Below, piece by piece: positions 30,701-37,599 of a stretch of 61,592 nucleotides of DNA (position 1 is the stretch's first letter; every line of letters starts with the position of its first letter). The position numbers and the translations under genes were made by a program. The stretch is from an uncultured Akkermansia sp. (lineage in GTDB: Bacteria; Verrucomicrobiota; Verrucomicrobiia; Limisphaerales; UBA9464), in assembly GCA_964386625.1 (NCBI GenBank), contig CAYLTF010000005.1, positions 1-61,592 of the forward strand. Direction: 5' to 3'. Under the pieces are notes generated by a model, which was not told where the DNA came from, searched no databases, and saw nothing but the letters and a program-made list of their open reading frames with translations.

Positions 30701-33700
30701 GAGACATCCACGGAATGGATGACCGACTGGACCCGCTCGAAGAGGGCGGGGGGCGCGTTGACGAGGAGCGAGCGCTCGTCGAGGGCCGGGGTGACGACGA
30801 GCCGTTGGGCGTTGTCGGTGAGGGCCATCTCGCGGGCGAAGAGTTGACCGAGCAGGGTGATCACCGGCGCCGCGGTCACATGCTGCAGCGGCAAGGTGCG
30901 CACCCCGCGAACCAGGTTGGTGTCCGTGGTCAGGAGGCGTGAGGCGATTTCCTGGACCGCCTGCCATTGGGTGGGATTGGCGGTGACGAGCACGCGCGAC
31001 TGGGAATCATCGGGGACCAGAACGAGGTCGGTCGTCTTGCCCGAGGCCTTGAGGCGGTCGAGCACCAGCGGACGCAGGCGGGCCACCGCCTCGGTGGCCG
31101 AGCCCTGGGTGATCGGCAGGATCTGGAGGTCCCGCGCCTCGCGGGTGGTCGTGGCGTCGAGTTGGGTCACGATCTGCTCGGCGGCCTGCAGATCCTTGGC
31201 CTCACCCGAAACCACGAGGGTGCGGGCGGTGTTGTCGACACCGAGAGTGACCCGAGGCGTGATCCGGCCCGAGGATTCCACCGTGGCCAGCGTGTTCGAC
31301 AGGGCGGCCGCAACCTGGGCCGGCTCGGCGTTGGTCAGACGGAAGATCCGGGAGTTGCCCGAGCGCTGGTTGGCGGTATCGAGGTTCAAGACCAGGGCGG
31401 CGATCTGGTCCAGGTCATTGGTGCGTCCGGTGACGATGAGGCGGTTTCCCTCGGTGTCGGCACGGATCACGGCCTGCTCGGCCGGAGGCACGGGTTTGGA
31501 CTTGAGCGATTCCTCATACAGGGAGCGGAGCGTGCCGGCCAATTCGGTGGCCTTCCGCGCGGCCAGATTCAACACCCGTGTCTCTCGTGGGGCAGGGGCG
31601 GCCGTGGGTGCCTGGATCACGCCGAGGAGGGATTCGATCTCGGCGAGGTGATTGGTCCGTGCGGTGACCAGAATGCGACCGTTGGGGGCATCGGGAGTGA
31701 ACACCGCATCGGCCGGGTCGGCCGCGTCCTGGGTCTTCCAGCGTTCGGTGTAGAGCTGCCGGAGCAGGGGAAGCACGCGGATCACCTCGTCGGGCTGTCC
31801 CACCGTGATCGGCCGGGTCTCGCGAGGGGCCAAGGCCGCGGTGTTCTTCTGGAGTTGCTCGAGGATGTTGTCGACCAGCCCGAGCTGGGCCTCGCTGCCG
31901 GCCAGGATGAGCTGGTTGCTCGTGGCGTCATCCAGGATGAGCAGGTCGGAGAGGGCCAGCTCGGGCTGGTTGCGGGACTGGTCGTTGTACAGCTGCCGGA
32001 CGCGGGCCGACATCTCGCCCACCTTGCCCTGGCGCAGGGTGACCACCTTCATGCGGCGGTCGGGTCGGGCCCCGAGGGACGTGTCGAGCTGCTCGATGAT
32101 GGTGGAGACGGCCTGGAGTTCCTTCGGGTCGCCCGTCACGATCAGGGTGCGGCTCTTGGCATCCACCGAGACCGTGGCCCGCTTCTGGGCCCGGCCGAAG
32201 GCATCGTAACGAACCAGCGCGGTGGACAGCACCTCGGCCACCTTGTCCGGCTCGGCCGACCGGATCTTGAAGACCCGGGCTGTCGCGCTCTGCGAACCGA
32301 CCTTGTCGAGCTTGCGCACCAGGTCTTCGATGACGGCCAGCTCGTTGGTCTCGCCGACCACGATCAGGCGGTTGCTGCCCGTGTCGGAGGTGATGGTCGT
32401 GTCGGGCGGGGTGGCCCCGAAGCGGGCCTTGGCCTGGTCGAGGTACAGGCTGCGCACGGTGGTGGCCAACTCGGAGGCCGTCGCTGTGGCCAAGTCGATG
32501 ATGCGGACATCGCGGGAGTCGGCCCCGGGCTTGGCTGGGCTCGTGCCCAATTGCTGGAGGATCGACTCGATCTTCTGCAGGTGATCGGGCCGACCGGTGA
32601 CGATGATGCGCCCGCTGCGGGGATCGGCCAGGATCTGGGCGTCGGCCGGATCGGTGTCGGCACGCTCCTTCCATTGGTCGGTGTACAATTGCTGCAGCAG
32701 CGGTTGCACGCGCTGGACGTCGCTGGCGGAGCCGACCTCGAAGGTCCGCGTCTCGCGGCCGAGGTTCGTGCCACCGGTGCTCTTGAGATTGGCGATGATC
32801 TCCGAGATGCGGTCGAGGTGGGAGACCCGGCCCGAGGCGATGATCCGGCCCGAGCGGGGCTCGGTGATGAGCTGGGTGTCGGCGGGACCGTCGGAGGGGC
32901 GGCTCGAGGCCTGGTCCTTGTAGAGCTGCTGGATGATCGGGAGCAGGCGCTGGGCCTCGGCGGGCTTGCCGATCTCGAAGACCCGGTTCGTGCGCGCCTC
33001 GGGCATCTCGGTGGCCAGCGTGGTGACGATCTGGCGCACGGCCGTCGCCTGGTCGGCGGTGCCGAACACCATCAGCCGGTCGCCGCTGGGGTCGGTGTAC
33101 AGGGTGGCCGGCTTCGTGGTGCGCCCCTGGTTCTGCTCGGCGTAGATCTTGTTGACCATCGGCAGGAGGTCCGCGGCGCGGCTGCCCTGGGGTTCGATGG
33201 TGTGCAGTTGGCGCTGCGACTGATCCGGGCGGGCGTCGAGGGCCGAGATCACCGTCTCCACCTGCGCCATCAATGAATCCGGCGCGAGCACGATCAGTCG
33301 TCGGCCGTTCGGCTCCGGGGTGATGCTCACCAGGTTGGTCACCGAGCGTCCGGCGTTCTGGGCCATGAACACGCGGGTGGCCACCTGGGCGAGCGTGTCG
33401 GGTTCACCGACCACCTCCACCATCTTCAGATTGCGGTTCTTCGACCCGCCCGAGGTGCCCCCGTTCCCCTCGGCCCCCTCGTTGTCGAGGCGTTGGATGA
33501 TCCCCTCGGCGTCCTTCAGGTCCTGGCGGGATCCGGAGACCACGATGCTGTTGGACTCCCGATCGAGGGAGACCGAGGCCCGGCGGATGGGCTGGTTGCG
33601 GGCGTCGAATTTCACCATGGCGTTGGAGACCACGCTGACGACCTGGGCGGCGTCGGCGTTGTTGAGCCGGAAGACCCGGGCGCCGCCGGCGGCCTCCGGG

Positions 33701-36576
33701 GCCTGGTCGAGGCGTTCCACCACCTGGGTGATCAGCGTGATTTCTTCGCGCGGGGCGGAGATGATGACCCGGTTGGCGGCCGGGTCGGGCATGATGCGGC
33801 CCTTGGGGGTGTATTCGGTCCCGCGTTGGCTCTTCAGCAGGTCGGTCGCCAAGGTGGTGGCCAGCGTGGCCAAGGCGGCTGCGTCCGCCTGCTTGAGTTC
33901 GATGACCTTCATCTCGCGGGGTTGCACGTCGGAGGGGACGTCCAGCTCGCGGATGATCTTGGCGGCGGCCTCGACCGCCGCCGGTTCACCGGTGATCACC
34001 AGGCTGTTGCTTCGCGTATCGACCAGCACCTTCACCGCCTGGGTCTGGGAGCCGAGGCCCTTCTCGACCAGGCTGGAGATTTCCGAGGCGACGGCCGTCT
34101 TGAGGCGGATGATGCGCGTCTCCTCCTTGGCGCTCTTCTGCCCGGCCGGGTCGAGTTGACGGATGATGGCCTCGACGCGGGTGATCTCGCGCTCGGCGCC
34201 GCTGACCATGATGCGGTTGTTCTTCGCATCGGTCATCAGGGTGGCCGGTCCTCCGGGGGGCTCGGTGTTGCCCTTGATCTGCTCTTGGTAGAGCTGCTGC
34301 ACCAACGGGGTCAGTTCGGCCGCGGTGCGGTTGTGCAGCTCGACGTTGCGGAATTGGCGGCTGACGGCCGAGGCGGTCGTGGCGTCGAGCTGCTGGATGA
34401 GGGTCCGCACCCGCTGGATGTCCGAATCGGTGGCGAGCACGATGATCTGCTTGCCCGAGGCGTCCGGGATGAGCTTGGGCTCGAGCTGCGGGTTGCTCGG
34501 TTGTTCACCCAGCTGGCTCATCATCTGGCCGGCGAGGGTGATCAGTTCAGCGGGGGACTTGCCGTTGACCGGGATGACGGCCATCTGGCGCTTCTGGCGC
34601 TCCGGGGCGACATCCACCACGGACAGGATCGCCTCGATCTCCTTCTTCTGTTCCTCGGTGGCCGTCACCAGAAGCCGGTTGTTGGCGTTGTCGGGGACGA
34701 CCGATGGCTTGGGTTGGTCCTCGAAGCGCCGATCCGCCATGCGCTCGTTGATCAGGCTGTTGAGGCTGTTGAAGGCCGTCTCGAGCCGGGCATTGCGCAA
34801 CGAGAGGATGTGCAGCGAGCGTTGCAGCGGTCGGGATTTCTCGGCGCGCAGATTGCGGACGATCTCCTCGATGCGGGTCAGGTGCTCCTCCGAGGCCGTC
34901 ACGATCAGCCGGCTGGTGTTGGGCTCGGCCATGATCTTGGCGTGGGCGGCACCGCCGGCGCTCCCGTCGGCGACCTCGCTGCGGTAGATCTGCTCGACCA
35001 GGGGGACGATGCGCTTGGCCTCGGCGACGCTGCCGAGGTCGATGAAGCGGGTCTGCTGCGGCTTGGGATTGGTCGAACCGGTCTCCAGTTGGGAGATGAT
35101 GTCGGTGGCGGTCTGCACGTCGCCCGGCGAACCGGTCACCACGATGCTCTGGCTTCCCGGTTCCACCGAGACGCTCGCAGTGGGGACCTTCTGTCCGTTG
35201 GGCAGCGTCTTGGTGAGGGCCTCGGTGAGGATCTTGCCGACATTCTTGACCTCCGAAGTGCGGGTGCGGAAGACCCGGGTGATCTGCACGACCTGGGCCT
35301 TGCCCGGGGTGGCGTTGGCCACGGTGCGTCCCGATCCGTGGACCGGCTTGTCGAGCCGATTGACCAGCGCCTCGATCTGGTCGGCCATCCCGGCGAGCGG
35401 AGCGGCGACGATCAACCGGTTGGTGTTCTTCTCGGCGATGACGCGCGCCTTGGTGGCGGCGGCCGAGCCCGTCTCGTTGGGGGCCGCGACTCCGGGGATG
35501 GCCTGGCGGATCATGTTGGCCAACTCCTCGGCCTTGATGACCTCGGGGGTGTAGATGCGCACATCGCCGGCACCGCTGCCGCCGTCCTCGAAGCGGGTGA
35601 TGAGTTCGTCGGCCAGCGCCAACCGCTCACGGGGGCCGAACAGCACCAGGGTCCGCGAAGCGTCATCATACACGGCCGTGACGTAGTCGTTGGGGTCGGC
35701 TGGCAGCACGTCCAACTGCTTGGTGTTGGGGTTGAACTGCGTGCGCTTCGGGGCGGTGGTCACGCCGAAGGTGCGGTTGATGAGGTCGGCCACGACGGCC
35801 CCGGAGGCGTGGAGCAGCGTGTAGGTCTTCATCTGCCGCTGGGCCGCCGTCTCGTTGTCGACCGAGCCGATGAGGGCCTTGACCCGCTGGATGTTGGCCA
35901 GGCGGTCGGTGAGGATCAGCCCGCGGCCTCGGGACAGCGGGGCGACGGACCCCGCCGACGAAAGCAGGTTGGTGATCGATTCGGAGATCTCCTTGGCGTC
36001 GAGGTTCTTGAGGTCCAACACCACCGTGACCACCTCGCCGGGGCGGACCCCGTCGGCCTTGTCGCCGCCGCGCAGGATGCGCAAGGGGGTTTGCGGCAGT
36101 TCCTTGAAGGGCACCACCCGCAGGAAGTTGCCCTCTTCGACCACCATCTGCCCCTTCATGGACAGGATCACGTTGAGCGTGTCGAACGCCTCCGCGTAGT
36201 TGTACGCGTTGGAATCGTTGAAGGTGATGGTGCCCGGGATGTTCACCTCGCCGACCACCGGTTTGCCCGACATCTGCGCGAAGCGCTCGATCACGTCGGC
36301 GTAGGGAATGCCGTCGAACTGGAAGCGGATGTTCTTCGTGCTGGTCGACGGAGCCGCGGTGGGGGCATTCGTCGCGGAAGACTGCTCGGGCGTCGTGCTC
36401 CCCGCGGATGCCGTGGCCGAGGCGGGGACTTGGGTCGGGGACGCCTTGCCCGGGCTCGCTGGGGAGCTGCCGGAACCCGGATTGACCGTCTGCGCTTGGA
36501 CGAACGGGTTGGGGACGATCAGGCCGAGGCCGACGCCGAGGGCGAGGGCCAGACGGAAGGGCCGGTTCATGTTCAT
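24697..36576 (-). CDS. gspD: Giant GspD/PilQ-family secretin (3,959 aa): signal peptide, N0, ~43 secretin-N domains, secretin barrel
   Basis: Single uninterrupted ORF. Signal peptide 'MNMNRPFRLALALGVGLGLIVPNPFVQAQ' and N0-like residues ~82-160. A long array of units follows, each ending in '..N-x-L-[ILV]-[ILV]..[IL]xx[IL]D'. The canonical C-terminal secretin domain is 'RVEVLSRPQILTADNKIASINIGQRVPIITG...TPFFGDIPGVGFFFRSSSKKTERRELLIMLTPQVL'. Confidence 0.9.
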   Translation of the reverse strand: MNMNRPFRLALALGVGLGLIVPNPFVQAQTVNPGSGSSPASPGKASPTQVPASATASAGSTTPEQSSATNAPTAAPSTSTKNIRFQFDGIPYADVIERFAQMSGKPVVGEVNIPGTITFNDSNAYNYAEAFDTLNVILSMKGQMVVEEGNFLRVVPFKELPQTPLRILRGGDKADGVRPGEVVTVVLDLKNLDAKEISESITNLLSSAGSVAPLSRGRGLILTDRLANIQRVKALIGSVDNETAAQRQMKTYTLLHASGAVVADLINRTFGVTTAPKRTQFNPNTKQLDVLPADPNDYVTAVYDDASRTLVLFGPRERLALADELITRFEDGGSGAGDVRIYTPEVIKAEELANMIRQAIPGVAAPNETGSAAATKARVIAEKNTNRLIVAAPLAGMADQIEALVNRLDKPVHGSGRTVANATPGKAQVVQITRVFRTRTSEVKNVGKILTEALTKTLPNGQKVPTASVSVEPGSQSIVVTGSPGDVQTATDIISQLETGSTNPKPQQTRFIDLGSVAEAKRIVPLVEQIYRSEVADGSAGGAAHAKIMAEPNTSRLIVTASEEHLTRIEEIVRNLRAEKSRPLQRSLHILSLRNARLETAFNSLNSLINERMADRRFEDQPKPSVVPDNANNRLLVTATEEQKKEIEAILSVVDVAPERQKRQMAVIPVNGKSPAELITLAGQMMSQLGEQPSNPQLEPKLIPDASGKQIIVLATDSDIQRVRTLIQQLDATTASAVSRQFRNVELHNRTAAELTPLVQQLYQEQIKGNTEPPGGPATLMTDAKNNRIMVSGAEREITRVEAIIRQLDPAGQKSAKEETRIIRLKTAVASEISSLVEKGLGSQTQAVKVLVDTRSNSLVITGEPAAVEAAAKIIRELDVPSDVQPREMKVIELKQADAAALATLATTLATDLLKSQRGTEYTPKGRIMPDPAANRVIISAPREEITLITQVVERLDQAPEAAGGARVFRLNNADAAQVVSVVSNAMVKFDARNQPIRRASVSLDRESNSIVVSGSRQDLKDAEGIIQRLDNEGAEGNGGTSGGSKNRNLKMVEVVGEPDTLAQVATRVFMAQNAGRSVTNLVSITPEPNGRRLIVLAPDSLMAQVETVISALDARPDQSQRQLHTIEPQGSRAADLLPMVNKIYAEQNQGRTTKPATLYTDPSGDRLMVFGTADQATAVRQIVTTLATEMPEARTNRVFEIGKPAEAQRLLPIIQQLYKDQASSRPSDGPADTQLITEPRSGRIIASGRVSHLDRISEIIANLKSTGGTNLGRETRTFEVGSASDVQRVQPLLQQLYTDQWKERADTDPADAQILADPRSGRIIVTGRPDHLQKIESILQQLGTSPAKPGADSRDVRIIDLATATASELATTVRSLYLDQAKARFGATPPDTTITSDTGSNRLIVVGETNELAVIEDLVRKLDKVGSQSATARVFKIRSAEPDKVAEVLSTALVRYDAFGRAQKRATVSVDAKSRTLIVTGDPKELQAVSTIIEQLDTSLGARPDRRMKVVTLRQGKVGEMSARVRQLYNDQSRNQPELALSDLLILDDATSNQLILAGSEAQLGLVDNILEQLQKNTAALAPRETRPITVGQPDEVIRVLPLLRQLYTERWKTQDAADPADAVFTPDAPNGRILVTARTNHLAEIESLLGVIQAPTAAPAPRETRVLNLAARKATELAGTLRSLYEESLKSKPVPPAEQAVIRADTEGNRLIVTGRTNDLDQIAALVLNLDTANQRSGNSRIFRLTNAEPAQVAAALSNTLATVESSGRITPRVTLGVDNTARTLVVSGEAKDLQAAEQIVTQLDATTTREARDLQILPITQGSATEAVARLRPLVLDRLKASGKTTDLVLVPDDSQSRVLVTANPTQWQAVQEIASRLLTTDTNLVRGVRTLPLQHVTAAPVITLLGQLFAREMALTDNAQRLVVTPALDERSLLVNAPPALFERVQSVIHSVDVSDPGGSSVLQTVLLRKTVAETVAESVNKAIASKGTDAKLRRVSITPVTGANALLLNGPGEAVQEVMKLVKELDAESATGEVEVRIYKLSSANATDIQPVLSQLLANVSTRLERRGFGGRSQPAIAIDPRSNSLLITASATHFKLIEQLLPTLDKAPERSDRDVQFVWLQNARAADIRMKVAAVYEERPRGEQPVLEVDREANTLTVIARRSDMPQIQDLIQRLDTSAQDNSLQVRLLTVDDVPVEQMVGMLTNIYPQMYGASLKLVERLPAIDRTKTNNPAQAPEVTVALDRNANALILSGPAPELDRINRMVTDLSWKATSGESDLRILALSQADPVVMARTLNNVFRPGGGRGGQPEAQQNQQNQRPPRFTVVPESRSRSLLVRASAKDFSIIEALVKQLDTANPAADLSHRLITLTHTPPSKITPLVQQLIQQLAAQHPGDPLTVLPYGRSKGLLVVAREPLIAQVEKMIKTLDTPSEDAEAEVRVFTLKQNAAPAMATTLQNLLRPGATGEAGTEARELQEQVRKLNIRGDSGEPLALDLQRPIKITADPSDGNRLLITSTPKNLDALGKVVEMLDQVGSAEAADFAVVALLHADARTTAQTLTSIFTQGAKLGTRQDGPGKPENGSARALASLLNVTPDSRLNALILSGRKDSIELARKLVKDLDKQWDASITEVKVFRVKYATPSRLLPMLQSVFAEGPAVPGTEGLNNYVSRLQTRREGGKTVSTEQAKTRTALTLQADDNAGALIVAARADTLPLIEELLAQLDIPDASGLSTVRIYPLKHADAASVQKIISDLHNGPRNANAKPADRPTVTLDDRSNSMIVSGNDKAFAIIDNLIAQLDKPMAPEFRDIRILPLAHADAAQLAATLQRLMDQRVTRQGSLGKGQADSLKVLVLPEPRSNSLLVGGGKDAYELVESLARKLDDAAPGLTGGVRIVPLEYADARILAASFNQLFTQRYQASTSPEIQRQKPVILPDARVNALMVSAGREDNETIDALLKKLDRKLDNPSLALTVLPLKHNDAARVAATLEGVFAARIQARTLPGQTPSPTDRVEIQTDSLNNSLIVSSNKENLDLIKDLLTRIDVEPTVAEGVLETFVLKHADAQRVATMLKSLVQQGMYRPGRSDVKIPGQASRDAMAIAVDTRSNTLMVSASPDNLGLIKEILAKVDTVDFVAATDLKVYKLEHARASNLAGVLTQYLQARKAADAASLNAPERSMPVAVIADTRLNAILATGSKEAIDMLDRIVPQLDAEDRLAQLNFRVFPLKEATAVRLQTTLQRLFANRPPKARGEPVDPITVVADAWVNALIVGAVVEDMSMIDGLIQRLDTQQAELGLKVEVIPLAKADARKVAQTVQGLFREGTQGGPLPIVVSADERVNALVVSCGATDLKRIRDVVAKLDTDQTARVSEIRVIPLKYARAENLTQVLNTSLNSKIAPLSDLSPNAQSVLQFVTRTEDGQELVTAALKEAISITPDPRMNALVVSGPVDYMGLLEQIVGRLDNSSSREAKIRVFSLRNADAQQTAQLLLSMFRMQSSGTALAANGQRTIQYTLMKPAPDGTETASATAVIGSEEQTALTVSVDPRTNTLLVGGTEHYVALVQQIIETLDSSEALERKTEVYRLKNAQAPDVGTAIRSFLDQERQRVTQVLGTDAVGTAQRLLEREVAIVPEQVSNTLLLSASPRYFEQIHQIIEELDQAQSQVLIQVLLAEVTLDSNRDLGFEWSFTKNVGNGWNVGTGTDFGIPAQMQNFGGYSALVTGNNMNFLMRALENDGRVEVLSRPQILTADNKIASINIGQRVPIITGSSTTPQGGQINTFDYRDVGVNLTVTPRITGEGFVKIDVGATNSSLASSSVEINDKATVPIINERRASTTVTVQSGQTVVIGGLIGTVDDIRRKKTPFFGDIPGVGFFFRSSSKKTERRELLIMLTPQVLTANHDQEAKITTIGNYSTRMLEKSTLRSAEHKDPLKAQLLDSIFPNDPNGSKTNTPAGKK
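24877..25584 (-). other. Secretin beta-barrel domain-coding segment of the giant secretin
   Basis: Residues ~3665-3900, running from 'VLIQVLLAEVTLDSNRDLGFEW' to 'ELLIMLTPQVLT'. This matches the conserved secretin (T2SS/T3SS/T4P) C-domain. Confidence 0.85.
25585..36036 (-). repeat. Tandem array of ~43 secretin-N (N1-like) domain-coding units inside the giant secretin gene
   Basis: Manual parsing of residues ~181-3664 gives about 43 consecutive 65-95-aa units. Each has the pattern 'beta-strand (xVRVFxLxxAxA) - helix - ...DxxxNxLIVxGxxxxxxxIxxLIxxLD'. Examples of unit endings: 'KNTNRLIVAAPLAGMADQIEALVNRLD', 'DPRSNSLLITASATHFKLIEQLLPTLD', 'DPRTNTLLVGGTEHYVALVQQIIETLD'. Confidence 0.8.
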
Positions 36577-36597
36577 GGGAAAAGGGGGGGGAAGGAC

Positions 36598-37599
36598 TCA
36601 GAATTGGGCGATGCCCGGGGGCAATTGCTCCGGTTTCAGTTTGTGGCGTTGGGCGAAGGTGCCACCGCGTTCGATGGCCCAGTATTCGTTGCCGATGCGA
36701 AGGATGACCCGACTGCCCGACAAGACGTCTTCTCGGCCCGGAGTCGGCATCGGGCGGTAGTCCACCTGGACGATGACCCCCCCGGCGATGCTGTCGCCCA
36801 CCTTGTAGCGGAGGGTCTTCTGGGCGGTCAGGTCTCGGACATGGATCTCGGACTCGCCGGCCCACTCCGACAGCGAGACCAGGCGGAAGGTTTCCGGGCC
36901 CGGACTGCCCGGGGGGGCCGGGCGGGGCGGGGCCGGGGGTTGGCCCACCGGGGGCGCCGGTGCCGGGCGCGGGATGTAGGGGCGCAGGAGGTCCCGCGCG
37001 ACCATGGCATCGTAGGCGCGCCGCTCCGGGCTCTCGGCGTTGAGGCGGGATTCGAGGTCGCCTCGCTCGACCTCGGGACACGGAGCGGGCACCAGGGTGA
37101 GGTAGCGGAAGCTCACCCGGACACGGCCGGGGGCGTCGGATGGGGAGAGGGTCAGACCGTCAAGCCGATGGACCGGCGTTGCACGGTCGAGCAGGAAGAT
37201 CAGGTTGACCACCTGCGCGAGCGGACCGTCGCCACGGACCGTCCAACCGGTCTCGAGCGCGCCGCGGATCTTGCGGGTGCCGGTCGGGAGGCGGCTGAAG
37301 TCGGCTTCCCGCAGGCCGCTGTTGATCAGGGTCCGCGTGAGCATCTCGCCGAACCGGGCGCTGGCCTGGTCGATGTCGTCGGAGAAGGTTCGGGCGGCGA
37401 CGGCTTTCACCGCATCCTCGGCGGCGAAGTAATCGCGGCGTTCCTTGGCGAGCCGATCGAGCTTCTCGCGGACGCCGGCGATGCGTCGGTCGATCTCGGT
37501 CAGCGGCTTGAGGAAGACGCTGCGACCGATCACGAAGAGCAGCGCCACACCGACGAGACCCCCGATGACGGTCAGGAGCTTTTTCTCGCGATCGTTCAT
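36598..37599 (-). CDS. Bitopic inner-membrane assembly protein: GspM/PilO-like N-half plus GspC/PilP-like C-terminal domain
   Basis: 333 aa. One N-terminal TM ('LLTVIGGLVGVALLFVIG'), a coiled-coil-like segment, a globular region, the Pro-rich linker 'RPYIPRPAPAPPVGQPPAPPRPAPPGSPGPE', and a ~90-aa beta-rich C-domain. It lies between the PilM/N-like gene and the secretin. The domain assignment is inferred from architecture and position. Confidence 0.5.
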   Translation of the reverse strand: MNDREKKLLTVIGGLVGVALLFVIGRSVFLKPLTEIDRRIAGVREKLDRLAKERRDYFAAEDAVKAVAARTFSDDIDQASARFGEMLTRTLINSGLREADFSRLPTGTRKIRGALETGWTVRGDGPLAQVVNLIFLLDRATPVHRLDGLTLSPSDAPGRVRVSFRYLTLVPAPCPEVERGDLESRLNAESPERRAYDAMVARDLLRPYIPRPAPAPPVGQPPAPPRPAPPGSPGPETFRLVSLSEWAGESEIHVRDLTAQKTLRYKVGDSIAGGVIVQVDYRPMPTPGREDVLSGSRVILRIGNEYWAIERGGTFAQRHKLKPEQLPPGIAQF

